From Nitrospirales bacterium (GTDB lineage: Bacteria > Nitrospirota > Nitrospiria > Nitrospirales > UBA8639), in contig CBDBCZ010000019.1 in NCBI GenBank assembly GCA_965203295.1, forward strand, positions 800,001-864,000: a DNA stretch of 64,000 nt, in the 5' to 3' direction. This document shows positions 1-8,574 of this stretch, piece by piece (within the stretch, counting starts at the first letter, position 1; the number at the start of each line of letters is the position of its first letter). Position numbers and translations under genes: made by a program. The notes under the pieces were generated by a model. That model was not told the origin of the DNA. It did not search any database and saw only the letters and a list, made by a program, of their open reading frames with translations.

Positions 1-112
1 TGTAGGGTGTTGGCCTAAATTCCCTTGACTATGGGCCTTTTTCGAGGTTGAGAAAATTCACCAGAGGGCATAGAGTGTGAAAAAGTTTATGTTGGTTTCT
101 GGAGAATAAAGC

Positions 113-727
113 ATGGAGACTTCGTATCAGGTTTTACCAGGTCCAGAGCATTTTCTTCCCCCCTCAGCTTCAAGTATGGGGATTCGACTTCCGGATCCTG
201 GACAGGGGCATATTCATGGGAGAATCGTTTCCGAAGAAGAAGCCATGGAAGCTGCCGCTCTGCAATTTCTTTCGGCCAAAGTCCCCACGATTTTTCCCGG
301 TCCATTGGTCCTATGGGCCTGGAATGAAAAAGCCGCAAAAAAGGCCACGGCTATTCTGCATTTATACGAAACGATTAAAGAATGTGTGACAACCTCTCAA
401 CAGGCAATGTTAATTCCTATGCCTGACTACCGACCCAAATATCCCAAGATCAATCCTGAAATTGAAATTAATCCCAACCATCCAAACTTGACGATTTGGC
501 ATAACAAAATCGATGCCTGCATGTTTGTTGGGGTTCATTGTCATCAAGCCAACCTTTCCTTGAAAATTATTCGAGGAGGAACGAGTTGTTACACGATTGC
601 AATGTGTGCTCAAGCAGGACATGAGGATGCGATGGTGTCTTTTCGTGATGCCACAGCCGAAAAGATTATGACACTTGCCGAGTGGGTCCGAAAGTTGAAA
701 GGGTCTGTGGAACCGCCAGCCGCATAG
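113..727 (+). CDS. forD: Five-subunit 2-oxoglutarate:ferredoxin oxidoreductase, delta subunit
   Basis: PMPDYRPKYPKINPEIEINPNHPNLTIWHNKIDAC motif; first gene of a D-A-B-G-E order matching the Aquificae/Nitrospira for operon. Confidence 0.8.
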   Translation: METSYQVLPGPEHFLPPSASSMGIRLPDPGQGHIHGRIVSEEEAMEAAALQFLSAKVPTIFPGPLVLWAWNEKAAKKATAILHLYETIKECVTTSQQAMLIPMPDYRPKYPKINPEIEINPNHPNLTIWHNKIDACMFVGVHCHQANLSLKIIRGGTSCYTIAMCAQAGHEDAMVSFRDATAEKIMTLAEWVRKLKGSVEPPAA

Positions 728-753
728 TAATAGTAAATAAGGAGGTTGAATCT

Positions 754-1962
754 ATGGCTACTCAATCGGTTGTTGGGAAAAAGAATAAAAAAGATCAAGT
801 ATACACTGATCCATGGCATTTGATGAACGAGGCTCCTCGCACTCCTTCTTTTTTTACAGGGAGCGAGGTCATTAAAGAAGCTGTCAGGCGTGCAAGCTGT
901 GATGTGATGATTGCCTACCCCATTACCCCTCAAAGTGAGGCGGCCGCCCTCATTGGCGAACTATTCGCGGAAGGATATATCGGCGACTACTTCCGTGGCG
1001 AAAGTGAATTTGCGGTCATGTCCCAATGTGCAGGTGCTGCATTTGGAGGTGCACGGGTTTTCACCACCACAGCTGGACCGGGAACCATGAGAGCCATGGA
1101 AAATTTTCCCATGTGGGCGGGAGCCCGGCTTCCCATTCAAATGATCGTGACATGCCGTGGGATTAATTCCCCTCTATCCATTCAGCCCGATACCTTGGAA
1201 ATCTCCTATCTCATGCAAACGGGCATGCTGGTTTGGCATGCGGAGACAGCCCAAGACTTTTATGACTGGATTTTGAAGGGATATATGGTTTCCGAAGAAC
1301 CAGACGTCCATCTTCCATTGGCCCTGTGTTGTGATGGATTTTTTGTGACTCATACTAAAGATGTGGTCAACCTCACTCCTGCAGATATGTGCCTCCCTCC
1401 TTATGATCCTTATCGCTCTCCAGTTCCTTGTATGGACATGGAATGCCCGCCGGTTCGAATGATGCGAGATCCCTTCGTGATGAAAAGCAACTATATCAGT
1501 TATGCAACTCACGCCAGTTGGCAGCAAGAAGTTTGGGCAGCTATAGAACGATCTCGAAAACATACGATCGCCTGGCTGGATGGGCTGATCGAGGTCGAGA
1601 ATGGCGATAGGGAAATTCTCATCGTGTCCTCTGGGACGGCAGTTTCTCAAGGCAGGGAAACCATTACCCTGTTAGAAGAGGATGGAATCGATGTTGGGAT
1701 GGTGAAGATAAAAACTCTTCGCCCATGGCCCTATGAGGAAATTCGAGAAGCGACCAAAAACGCCAAACATATTATTGTGCCTGAATTTAATGTGACTGGC
1801 TGGCTTGCCCGTGAAATTAAGGCCACCATTCCCAATAGCGATCGAGTCTATGCTGGGCCGCACGTATGCGGTGGTATGACGATGCCACCAGAAGTGATTG
1901 CTGCAGACATCAAAAGTGCCTTGGGTGTCAAAACGGCTGCCTTGGCAGGACGAGGTGGATGA
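754..1962 (+). CDS. forA: 2-oxoacid:ferredoxin oxidoreductase alpha subunit
   Basis: AYPITPQSE and ESEFA motifs; start moved to ATG 754 after SD GGAGG (741-745). Confidence 0.88.
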   Translation: MATQSVVGKKNKKDQVYTDPWHLMNEAPRTPSFFTGSEVIKEAVRRASCDVMIAYPITPQSEAAALIGELFAEGYIGDYFRGESEFAVMSQCAGAAFGGARVFTTTAGPGTMRAMENFPMWAGARLPIQMIVTCRGINSPLSIQPDTLEISYLMQTGMLVWHAETAQDFYDWILKGYMVSEEPDVHLPLALCCDGFFVTHTKDVVNLTPADMCLPPYDPYRSPVPCMDMECPPVRMMRDPFVMKSNYISYATHASWQQEVWAAIERSRKHTIAWLDGLIEVENGDREILIVSSGTAVSQGRETITLLEEDGIDVGMVKIKTLRPWPYEEIREATKNAKHIIVPEFNVTGWLAREIKATIPNSDRVYAGPHVCGGMTMPPEVIAADIKSALGVKTAALAGRGG

Positions 1963-2030
1963 AAAACGACATTTGAAAATCCTATGAAAGAGAAAATGAT
2001 GATCTGCGATGCAGATAAGAGGAGGAAAGC

Positions 2031-2942
2031 ATGAGTAAAGAGCGAATAAAAATTGCCCCAGAAATGTTTGATATTATGCCCGTAGAATATCAAGATTTAG
2101 TGAACCGGGCCACATACGGAAATGAAACGAGAGGCTGGAAAGATATCGGAACCTCTAAGGAGTTGATTGAGGAGCATTCGCTTTGTGCCGGATGTCCTGA
2201 ATCGATGGCTTTCCGATATATCTTGGCGTCTCTCCCTAACGCAGAAGATACCGTGATGGTTGGATCGACAGGATGTACCAGCTTAGTCTTCCCACACGTA
2301 GCAGTCCATAACATTCACTCCCTATTTGGCAATCAGAATGCTATCGCTTCTGGGTTGAAGCGTGCGCTGAGTGTTCGGTTCCCAGACCGCGTAAAAGACG
2401 TTGTGGTGCTCGCTGGTGATGGGGCGACAGTCGATATCGGTTTGGACATGACTCTTCAGGCCTGGTTCCGACAGGAGAAATTCACCACGATTTGTTTTGA
2501 TAATGAGCTCTATGCCAATACAGGGGGGCAGGAAAGCGGGTTGATGCAAAAAGGTTTTGTGGCGAAGATGGCTCCTGTAGGAAAAACATTTGAAAAGGTG
2601 CGGCTCCCAGAAATTGCGAGGGAGTCAGGATGCCACTATGTCATCAATTGTACAGTGAGCAAACCTAATCTTGTAGAAAAGGTTATCAAAAACGCGATTC
2701 ACGTGGCTCGTGAAATCGGTCCGACCTATCTGCAGATATACACGCCCTGTATTCTCGAAATAGGGAAAAATAGCATGGAAGGTCTGCAGGAAATGCGCGA
2801 TTCCGAAAAACCCACGGAGCGGTTTGCGTATAAGGAATATATCAGTGAGCCAGCCAAAGAATTGCTGGCGGAAATGGCGGCAAAAGAAAAAGAAAGAAAA
2901 GCTGCCGCGAAACAAAAGCAACTAGCGGAGAAGGGTGCCTGA
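2031..2942 (+). CDS. forB: 2-oxoacid:ferredoxin oxidoreductase beta (TPP-binding) subunit
   Basis: LCAGCPE, STGC, GDG...DNELYANTGGQ TPP-binding motifs; SD GAGGAGG. Confidence 0.88.
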   Translation: MSKERIKIAPEMFDIMPVEYQDLVNRATYGNETRGWKDIGTSKELIEEHSLCAGCPESMAFRYILASLPNAEDTVMVGSTGCTSLVFPHVAVHNIHSLFGNQNAIASGLKRALSVRFPDRVKDVVVLAGDGATVDIGLDMTLQAWFRQEKFTTICFDNELYANTGGQESGLMQKGFVAKMAPVGKTFEKVRLPEIARESGCHYVINCTVSKPNLVEKVIKNAIHVAREIGPTYLQIYTPCILEIGKNSMEGLQEMRDSEKPTERFAYKEYISEPAKELLAEMAAKEKERKAAAKQKQLAEKGA

Positions 2943-2978
2943 AAATAATCTGAACCTGAAGAAACCAAGAGGGTCGTT

Positions 2979-3674
2979 ATGATTAAGAAACGAATTAACA
3001 TCAGAATGTCTGGTCTTGGAGGGCAAGGTGCCGTGACAGCAGCTCATGTGATGGCGATGGCAGCCTCAAAAGATGGAAAATACGCGATTTCCAATCCCTT
3101 CTTCGGCGCGGAAAAACGAATGGCTCCTGCCGAAAGCTATTGTCGAATTGGGATTAATCGAATCTATGATCGTGGAGAGTTAGTATTCCCTGATGTCATT
3201 GAAGTGTTTCATCCCCAGGTCATTACCATGGGAAAGAGTTACACCATGCCGTTTTACTCAGGGATAAAAGAAGGCGGTGTGGTGATAATCAATTCCGATG
3301 TTCCATTGTTATCGAATGAAGACGTTGATCGGCTGAAAGATCTGAATGTGGCTGTATTTTATATCGCCGGAACCCATATCGCTTTAGAGGTTGCCGGAAC
3401 TGAACTTTCGACCAATATGACCATGATTGGATCCGTGTCGGGTATTACCAAATGTGTCTCAATGAATGCTCTAGATCTGGCTTTACAAGAACGGTTTGGG
3501 AAAAAGTTCGTGGCCTCTGGAGGAACAGCTACGCTTGATGAAGCGATTAAGAAAAAATTTGCCAAGAAGGAAATGCTCTTAAAGAAGAATCTAGAAACCG
3601 TGGTTCGCGCTTACGAGATTGCCGCTGAGTGGGCTGAGAAAAATAATGTGGAATTGTGTGTAACCGCTGCATAG
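2979..3674 (+). CDS. forG: 2-oxoacid:ferredoxin oxidoreductase gamma subunit
   Basis: GLGGQGAVTA and FFGAEKRMAP motifs. Confidence 0.85.
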   Translation: MIKKRINIRMSGLGGQGAVTAAHVMAMAASKDGKYAISNPFFGAEKRMAPAESYCRIGINRIYDRGELVFPDVIEVFHPQVITMGKSYTMPFYSGIKEGGVVIINSDVPLLSNEDVDRLKDLNVAVFYIAGTHIALEVAGTELSTNMTMIGSVSGITKCVSMNALDLALQERFGKKFVASGGTATLDEAIKKKFAKKEMLLKKNLETVVRAYEIAAEWAEKNNVELCVTAA

Positions 3675-3694
3675 CCAAAAGAGGATAGAGATTT

Positions 3695-3973
3695 ATGTAT
3701 AATGTTGCGCAAGTCACTGACGAGAAATGTGTAGCCAAGAAGGGTTGCCGTCTGTGCATTATGTACTGCCCAGAAGCCAACTGTTTGGATTTAAACACAG
3801 ATAAAATGGTGGCAGAAGTTTTTATCAACCGTTGCAAAGGGTGTGAGTTGTGTATGGTCGTCTGTGATGCAGCCAAGCATAATGCCATCACCATGGTTGC
3901 GGTCAGCGCTGATGGGACCCTCATGGAAAAGGCGGGTGAAGCAGCGGAATTAGGTCAAGCCTATCAAGGTTAA
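3695..3973 (+). CDS. forE: Ferredoxin-like epsilon subunit, 2x[4Fe-4S]
   Basis: CxxxxxCxxCxxxCP and CKGCELCMVVC clusters; last gene of the operon. Confidence 0.8.
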   Translation: MYNVAQVTDEKCVAKKGCRLCIMYCPEANCLDLNTDKMVAEVFINRCKGCELCMVVCDAAKHNAITMVAVSADGTLMEKAGEAAELGQAYQG

Positions 3974-3994
3974 AGACAAGCTTTTTTATCAGAT

Positions 3995-4037
3995 AGCCCT
4001 GCGACATACTTGGTAACATGTCGTAGGGCTTTTTTTT
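3995..4037 (+). terminator. Intrinsic terminator of the for operon
   Basis: AGCCCTGCGACAT...ATGTCGTAGGGCT hairpin followed by a T run. Confidence 0.75.
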
Positions 4038-4079
4038 GGGACTTAAAGTTACGCTCTCTCATATAAACAGGATAAATCT

Positions 4080-4343
4080 ATGGATGACGATCTTCGAATC
4101 ATAATGGGTAATGTTTCAAGTAGTATGACTCAATTTCATGAAGCGTTGGAGCAGCGTGCAGGTGAACTTGAGTCGAAAGGTGATGATCCTGAACTGGTGG
4201 CCAAATTAAAGAAGGGTGCTGATGCGATGAAAGATAGTGGCAATATTTATATGTCCTGGGCACGTCATTTTGTGGCACTTTCTGAAAGGGAAGCATCAGA
4301 AGCCGATGAGGGGGAGGAGGATTCAGCAGATTTTCAATTTTAA
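4080..4343 (+). CDS. Small acidic helical hypothetical protein
   Basis: 87-aa ORF with protein-like composition filling the gap before the tRNA. Confidence 0.65.
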   Translation: MDDDLRIIMGNVSSSMTQFHEALEQRAGELESKGDDPELVAKLKKGADAMKDSGNIYMSWARHFVALSEREASEADEGEEDSADFQF

Positions 4344-4382
4344 TCAAGATTCATTTGACGAAAAGGTTTGTCTCAAAATCTG

Positions 4383-4410
4383 TTGATCATTCTCCAAATT
4401 ATGTTATGAT
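4383..4410 (+). promoter_or_regulatory. Putative sigma70 promoter of tRNA-Asn
   Basis: TTGATC-N16-TATGAT with an extended -10 TG. Confidence 0.4.
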
Positions 4411-4455
4411 TCGGCACCTAACCTGAGCGTTTGTCATGACTTGACAAGAGAATGT

Positions 4456-4853
4456 TCCCCGGTAGCTCAGTTGGTAGAGCGGTCGGCTGTAAGAAGACGT
4501 GATCCGATGGAGGAGCAAAGGCATGTTGACTGCTTGGCCCATCCCATAGGTTCACGGAGCGTTGCAGCTTCCACAGGAGACTGTGGTTGAAAAATCGGGT
4601 GAATTCAGGGAATCCTGCCCCTCATTTCTTAAGAATGAGGAATGGGAATCCTGAGCGAAGCCTGCCGAAGGGCCAAGCGTAGGCAGGAACGTGCAGAGAC
4701 TAGAGGTTGAGGAGCCCAACCCAATAACGCCTCACCAGCGCCCGACACCCTCTCCTGGTTTCCAGGCGGGTGATGAGATAGTCCGAGACCAGTAGAAATG
4801 CTGGAGTACTCGTAACCGATTGGTCGCAAGTTCGAGTCTTGCCCGGGGAGCCA
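4456..4853 (+). tRNA. tRNA-Asn(GUU) interrupted by a group I intron; exons 4456-4490 and 4813-4853
   Basis: Joined exons give a 76-nt cloverleaf: acceptor TCCCCGG/CCGGGGA, D-arm GCTC/GAGC, anticodon stem GTCGG/CCGAT, loop CT-GTT-AA, T-loop TTCGAGT, discriminator G73, encoded CCA. Confidence 0.93.
4491..4812 (+). ncRNA. Group I self-splicing intron (322 nt, no ORF) between anticodon nt 35 and 36
   Basis: Follows exon U and ends in G; core P GAATTCAGGGAA (4601), Q AATCCTGAGC (4647), R GTGCAGAGACTAG (4691), S GAGATAGTCC (4775); P3 TCGGGTG/CGCCCGA; guide GTTGCAGC (4561-4568) pairs with both exon ends; GNRA-capped P2 and P9. Confidence 0.92.
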
Positions 4854-4864
4854 ATTTCTAGATG

Positions 4865-4898
4865 AAAGCCCTTTGGCCAGAAGGTCAAAGGGCTTTTT
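4865..4898. terminator. Intrinsic terminator after the tRNA, possibly bidirectional
   Basis: AAAGCCCTTTGGCC-AGAA-GGTCAAAGGGCTTTTT. Confidence 0.75.
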
Positions 4899-5012
4899 AT
4901 CTTTAAGACGAGGGTTTCTCCTATTCGAGAAGCAGTTCGATTCAATCATTCTTAAGATTCGAATCCATCCTGAAAATAGATTGGCTGGGAGATTAGGGTT
5001 TACGTAAATTCC

Positions 5013-5858
5013 TTAATAGCGTCGCAATGTGGGAAGCGGTATCCCCCATAGTTTCATTCGCACGACACCCCACATATTCTCCAAAAGCGTATTCAGTTCG
5101 AGTGAAGAGCGCGACGCGACTTTTACCGTGAGTCCTGGAACTGCGGGTTCTGATACTCCTCCTAAGACGTCGCTCGAGTTTCTGCCTAGCACTTCAGCTA
5201 ATTCTTCTTTGATTTGTCCCCAGGTTGTGGAAGAGGTTTTATCGCTTACGATATACAGGGATCCGACGTAGTTCCATTCCTGGCTAAGGGTCAGGCAATG
5301 TTTGTCTTGGGTTGGGACAAGGATATACCGCTCTTGAAGCGATTTTCCATCTGATAAGGTGATCTTGATTCGGTTGCTGAAATGAGAAAAGACCCACCGT
5401 TCTCCTCTGGTAATTCGTCCAGCCGCAAAGGCATCCCAGAGGATGAGGGAAGCTCCTGCATCCAGCCGCACGGTCATCGTTTGATCGAATCGCGATCCTG
5501 CAAAGGGAATAGTCAGTTCAGGCACCCATTCTAGAATGGCATTCGAACCGACGTTGATATTGATTGATTGGGCGGCGGGTCTCTCGATGGTTCGATAGAC
5601 CTTAGTGGCTGAAGGAGTTGTCAAAAGAACGTGTGTGCCTTCTCTCAGCCTTGCTGAAAGAGAAAGATGATCTCCACCGACAAATCCTCCTGATGGATTG
5701 GTGAGGAATGTGGTGGCACAACCTGTGTCGTCAAGATAAAGCGGAGGAAAAGAATACCAGGGGTAAGAGAATCGTGAATGGGTGAGGACGGTTGTGTGAT
5801 CTCGCTGTGAATATTCGAGGGCTAGTGCACCCCGTTTCCAACGCTTGTGAATGGCCAT
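5013..5858 (-). CDS. ureD: Urease accessory protein UreD
   Basis: NPSGGFVGGD, LTTPSATKVY, GRITRGERWVF motifs; last gene of the urease cluster. Confidence 0.9.
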   Translation of the reverse strand: MAIHKRWKRGALALEYSQRDHTTVLTHSRFSYPWYSFPPLYLDDTGCATTFLTNPSGGFVGGDHLSLSARLREGTHVLLTTPSATKVYRTIERPAAQSININVGSNAILEWVPELTIPFAGSRFDQTMTVRLDAGASLILWDAFAAGRITRGERWVFSHFSNRIKITLSDGKSLQERYILVPTQDKHCLTLSQEWNYVGSLYIVSDKTSSTTWGQIKEELAEVLGRNSSDVLGGVSEPAVPGLTVKVASRSSLELNTLLENMWGVVRMKLWGIPLPTLRRY

Positions 5859-5936
5859 GGTATTGGAGAATTGATATTGCCGGAATACCCGACCTTACTT
5901 TCGAGAATCGCGAGCTGAATGTTGGCTATCAAGGGG

Positions 5937-6605
5937 TCAAGTCTTGGTGCGTGGATGAATACGTTGTTTGACCCATTGGGCCACAACGTCGAGTCCTTCC
6001 CCGGAAAGCAAGTTGGTGAAGACAAATGGGGCATTTCCTCTCATGCGTCGGCTATCGCGATCCATAATTGAAAGATCTGCACCGACATGAGGGGCTAAGT
6101 CGATTTTATTGATCACTAAAAGCCCTGATCGGGTTATAGCGGGTCCACCCTTCCGCGGGATTTTATCACCTGCGGCGACATCGATAACATAGATGACCTC
6201 ATCAACTAATTCGGGGCTGAAGGTCGCAGCCAGGTTGTCTCCACCGCTTTCCAGAAGGATTAACTCAAGATCAGGTATGCGTTTGATCAGTTCTTCAATG
6301 GCTTCGAGGTTATGCGAGGCATCTTCTCGAATTGCGGTATGAGGACATCCTCCAGTCTCTACTCCCAGAATTCGCTCAGATGGGAGAACCCCGCGACGAG
6401 TCAGAAACTCGGCATCTTCCTTGGTAAAGATATCATTCGTCACGACTGCGAGTTGATAGTGAGCTTGAAGTGTCCGCGACAGGGCCTCAACGAGTGCCGT
6501 TTTACCTGATCCTACGGGTCCTCCTACCCCAATAATCGTGATATTGGGGTCTTTCGCTCGTGTGAGCGACTGACCACCTCCAAGCATGTGTGCGACATCA
6601 TGCAT
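5937..6605 (-). CDS. ureG: Urease accessory GTPase UreG
   Basis: [27 protein letters not shown] motifs. Confidence 0.95.
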   Translation of the reverse strand: MHDVAHMLGGGQSLTRAKDPNITIIGVGGPVGSGKTALVEALSRTLQAHYQLAVVTNDIFTKEDAEFLTRRGVLPSERILGVETGGCPHTAIREDASHNLEAIEELIKRIPDLELILLESGGDNLAATFSPELVDEVIYVIDVAAGDKIPRKGGPAITRSGLLVINKIDLAPHVGADLSIMDRDSRRMRGNAPFVFTNLLSGEGLDVVAQWVKQRIHPRTKT

Positions 6606-6610
6606 AAATG

Positions 6611-7297
6611 TTACGATCGGAACATCCGTGTGGTTAAACGAGTGTGTCGCATTTCATAGATATCTTGGATCGGTGCCCAAGAGAGCATTTCCGTCTTGGT
6701 CTCGGCTGAATGGCTTACTTGATCGATTAATGGAATGAGTCTCTCGAGTACATGCTGGCCTTCGCGCTGTCCAATCGAAAACAGTTTGAGCGAAGCTGAA
6801 ATAAGGCCGACGGCACTCTGATACAGATAGGCTGCAATGGCATCCCGTTTCTTCCACCCAAACACTCCAAGCACAAGTCCAAGACTGACGGCCATGTGTC
6901 CAGGTGATTGATCGGATTCCACATGTGCGAGAAACTGACGAAGCAGTGTTGGACTCTGTGTTCCTCCAGCAGCGATCCGGAGTATGTGTCTGCCCATTTG
7001 TCGACTCGCAAGACGTGATTCACGACAGGTTTTCATGGCTTCAAGTTGCTCGTCAACATTTTGAGCAGTTTGTAGTGTCTGATCAATAACCGCGCTATGG
7101 GCTAACCCGACTGCAACGGCTTCTCGACTTCCCATTCCCGACTTGAGTAAATCAGCTATGTAGTCTCTGAGATTTTCCGAGTTGTGGATTGTCTTTGCCT
7201 GTACTGCTGCCTCTAACCCGAATGAGAAGGCATATCCACCAGACGGAAAAAAATTATCGATAAAGCGAAATCCATGCAGTAGTGAGGCAGTATTCAT
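6611..7297 (-). CDS. ureF: Urease accessory protein UreF
   Basis: [14 protein letters not shown]-terminus; C-terminal H...RMFRS. Confidence 0.9.
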   Translation of the reverse strand: MNTASLLHGFRFIDNFFPSGGYAFSFGLEAAVQAKTIHNSENLRDYIADLLKSGMGSREAVAVGLAHSAVIDQTLQTAQNVDEQLEAMKTCRESRLASRQMGRHILRIAAGGTQSPTLLRQFLAHVESDQSPGHMAVSLGLVLGVFGWKKRDAIAAYLYQSAVGLISASLKLFSIGQREGQHVLERLIPLIDQVSHSAETKTEMLSWAPIQDIYEMRHTRLTTRMFRS

Positions 7298-7409
7298 ACG
7301 ATGATCTATAGATCCTCCTGCCCACCAGTTGGAGCCTCAAACAATGGGATATTCCAGCTCGTTGAGTGTTGCAAAATGAAGAGTCTGTGTAGGCAAAGAG
7401 AAACGATCT

Positions 7410-7691
7410 CTATTCAAGATGAACTTTTTGATGCCCCTGCTTTCGTAGAGTATTCGTGAGGAGTAATTTAGCACTGATGAATGCGACTTGTCCGGCAATA
7501 GCTTTGATGGCCGTAAGGTAGTGTTGAACGTCCTCGACTGTTGTTGCCGTGTTCGACCCGTCTGGTGAGAACTTGAGCCCGGTCAACCGTTCCAGCTGAG
7601 GAATTTTGGCTTTGTAGAGAATCACAGCATGCCGAGCATGGGCTTTTACCGCATCTGCATAAAAATTATCCATGGCCTTAACCTTTATCAC
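7410..7691 (-). CDS. Hypothetical 93-aa protein coupled to the ODP-like gene
   Basis: GTG start overlaps the upstream TGA (GTGA, 4-nt overlap). Confidence 0.6.
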   Translation of the reverse strand: MIKVKAMDNFYADAVKAHARHAVILYKAKIPQLERLTGLKFSPDGSNTATTVEDVQHYLTAIKAIAGQVAFISAKLLLTNTLRKQGHQKVHLE

Positions 7692-8482
7692 TCATCTGCA
7701 TAAAGGTAATCAACTCCCACTGGAAGATGCCCTATCCAATCGATATATCGCTCGGCCTCTTCCCCTCGAAGAATGGCTCCATGTTGGGGCAAGATGGCTT
7801 TAATCTCTAAACCTTTCAGCTTTTTAAGAAACCCATTCACGGCCCTGTTCGAGCTCATATATCGTTGATGGAATCCTTTCATGGCTAGTAGATGTGCATC
7901 CCAATTATCGATAACCAGACGTGGCTTGGAGTCTCTATACAGCGAAGCGGCGATATCTCCTGTGAATAAAAAACCACTGGCTGAATCATAGACAACCATG
8001 CTTCCTGGTGAGTGCAGAAAGGGTGCGGATAAACACTGTATCTCTCCCTCTTGCTGGAGGTCGATGATGAGTCCATCATCGCGCATCGGCATGTAATTTA
8101 CGTTGTAGGCCATATAATGAGGTAAAAATCTAACCCAGAGGTGTGAGACGACCACGTTAAGGTTGGGGTTGAATTCCAGCCATGAAGGAAGTGAGGCGCA
8201 GACATCTGGATCCTGGTGGCTAAAGAAAAGATGCGTGATGGCTTCTGCCGAAGAGACTTGGTTGACCTTATCAAGAATTGGCAAAAAGCGGTCGTATCCT
8301 CCAGGTTCGAGCAGAAAACCTTCTCCACCATTCACAATGAGGTAAGAGTTGCACTCGATTTCCTCTCCCCCCGTATAGATGCCCACCCAGTAAATCTGGT
8401 GGTGGATGTCATCGTATAGCTTAATAGGCTGCGTATAGCCTGTCTCTCCGTTCGTCAAATTCATGAGCATTGTGTCACTCAT
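7688..8482 (-). CDS. MBL-fold protein of the ODP (oxygen-binding di-iron)/FprA N-domain type
   Basis: NSYLI, SHQDPD, FLHSPG, LFTGD, PQHG motifs; no flavodoxin domain; start set at ATG 8482 after SD GAGGAGAGG (264 aa). Confidence 0.8.
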   Translation of the reverse strand: MSDTMLMNLTNGETGYTQPIKLYDDIHHQIYWVGIYTGGEEIECNSYLIVNGGEGFLLEPGGYDRFLPILDKVNQVSSAEAITHLFFSHQDPDVCASLPSWLEFNPNLNVVVSHLWVRFLPHYMAYNVNYMPMRDDGLIIDLQQEGEIQCLSAPFLHSPGSMVVYDSASGFLFTGDIAASLYRDSKPRLVIDNWDAHLLAMKGFHQRYMSSNRAVNGFLKKLKGLEIKAILPQHGAILRGEEAERYIDWIGHLPVGVDYLYADE

Positions 8483-8574
8483 TACATCACCTCTCCTCTT
8501 TGCTATGAAGTCTATCTTCGGGTTTATATATAGAAAGAAACTAAATAGTATGATTCGTTTGAGAAACGGTTCAC

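Noticed and set aside
682..753. N-terminal extension of forA
   Set aside because: It overlaps forD, and a strong SD supports ATG 754
4456..4493. Reading the tRNA as Tyr(GUA) from CT-GTA-AG
   Set aside because: The anticodon stem closes only with the exon at 4813; the short variable loop, G73 and the splice rules give GUU
4629..4949. Minus-strand ORFs of 106 and 81 aa as a possible homing endonuclease
   Set aside because: They are antisense to the intron and tRNA exon, with no LAGLIDADG, HNH or GIY-YIG motif
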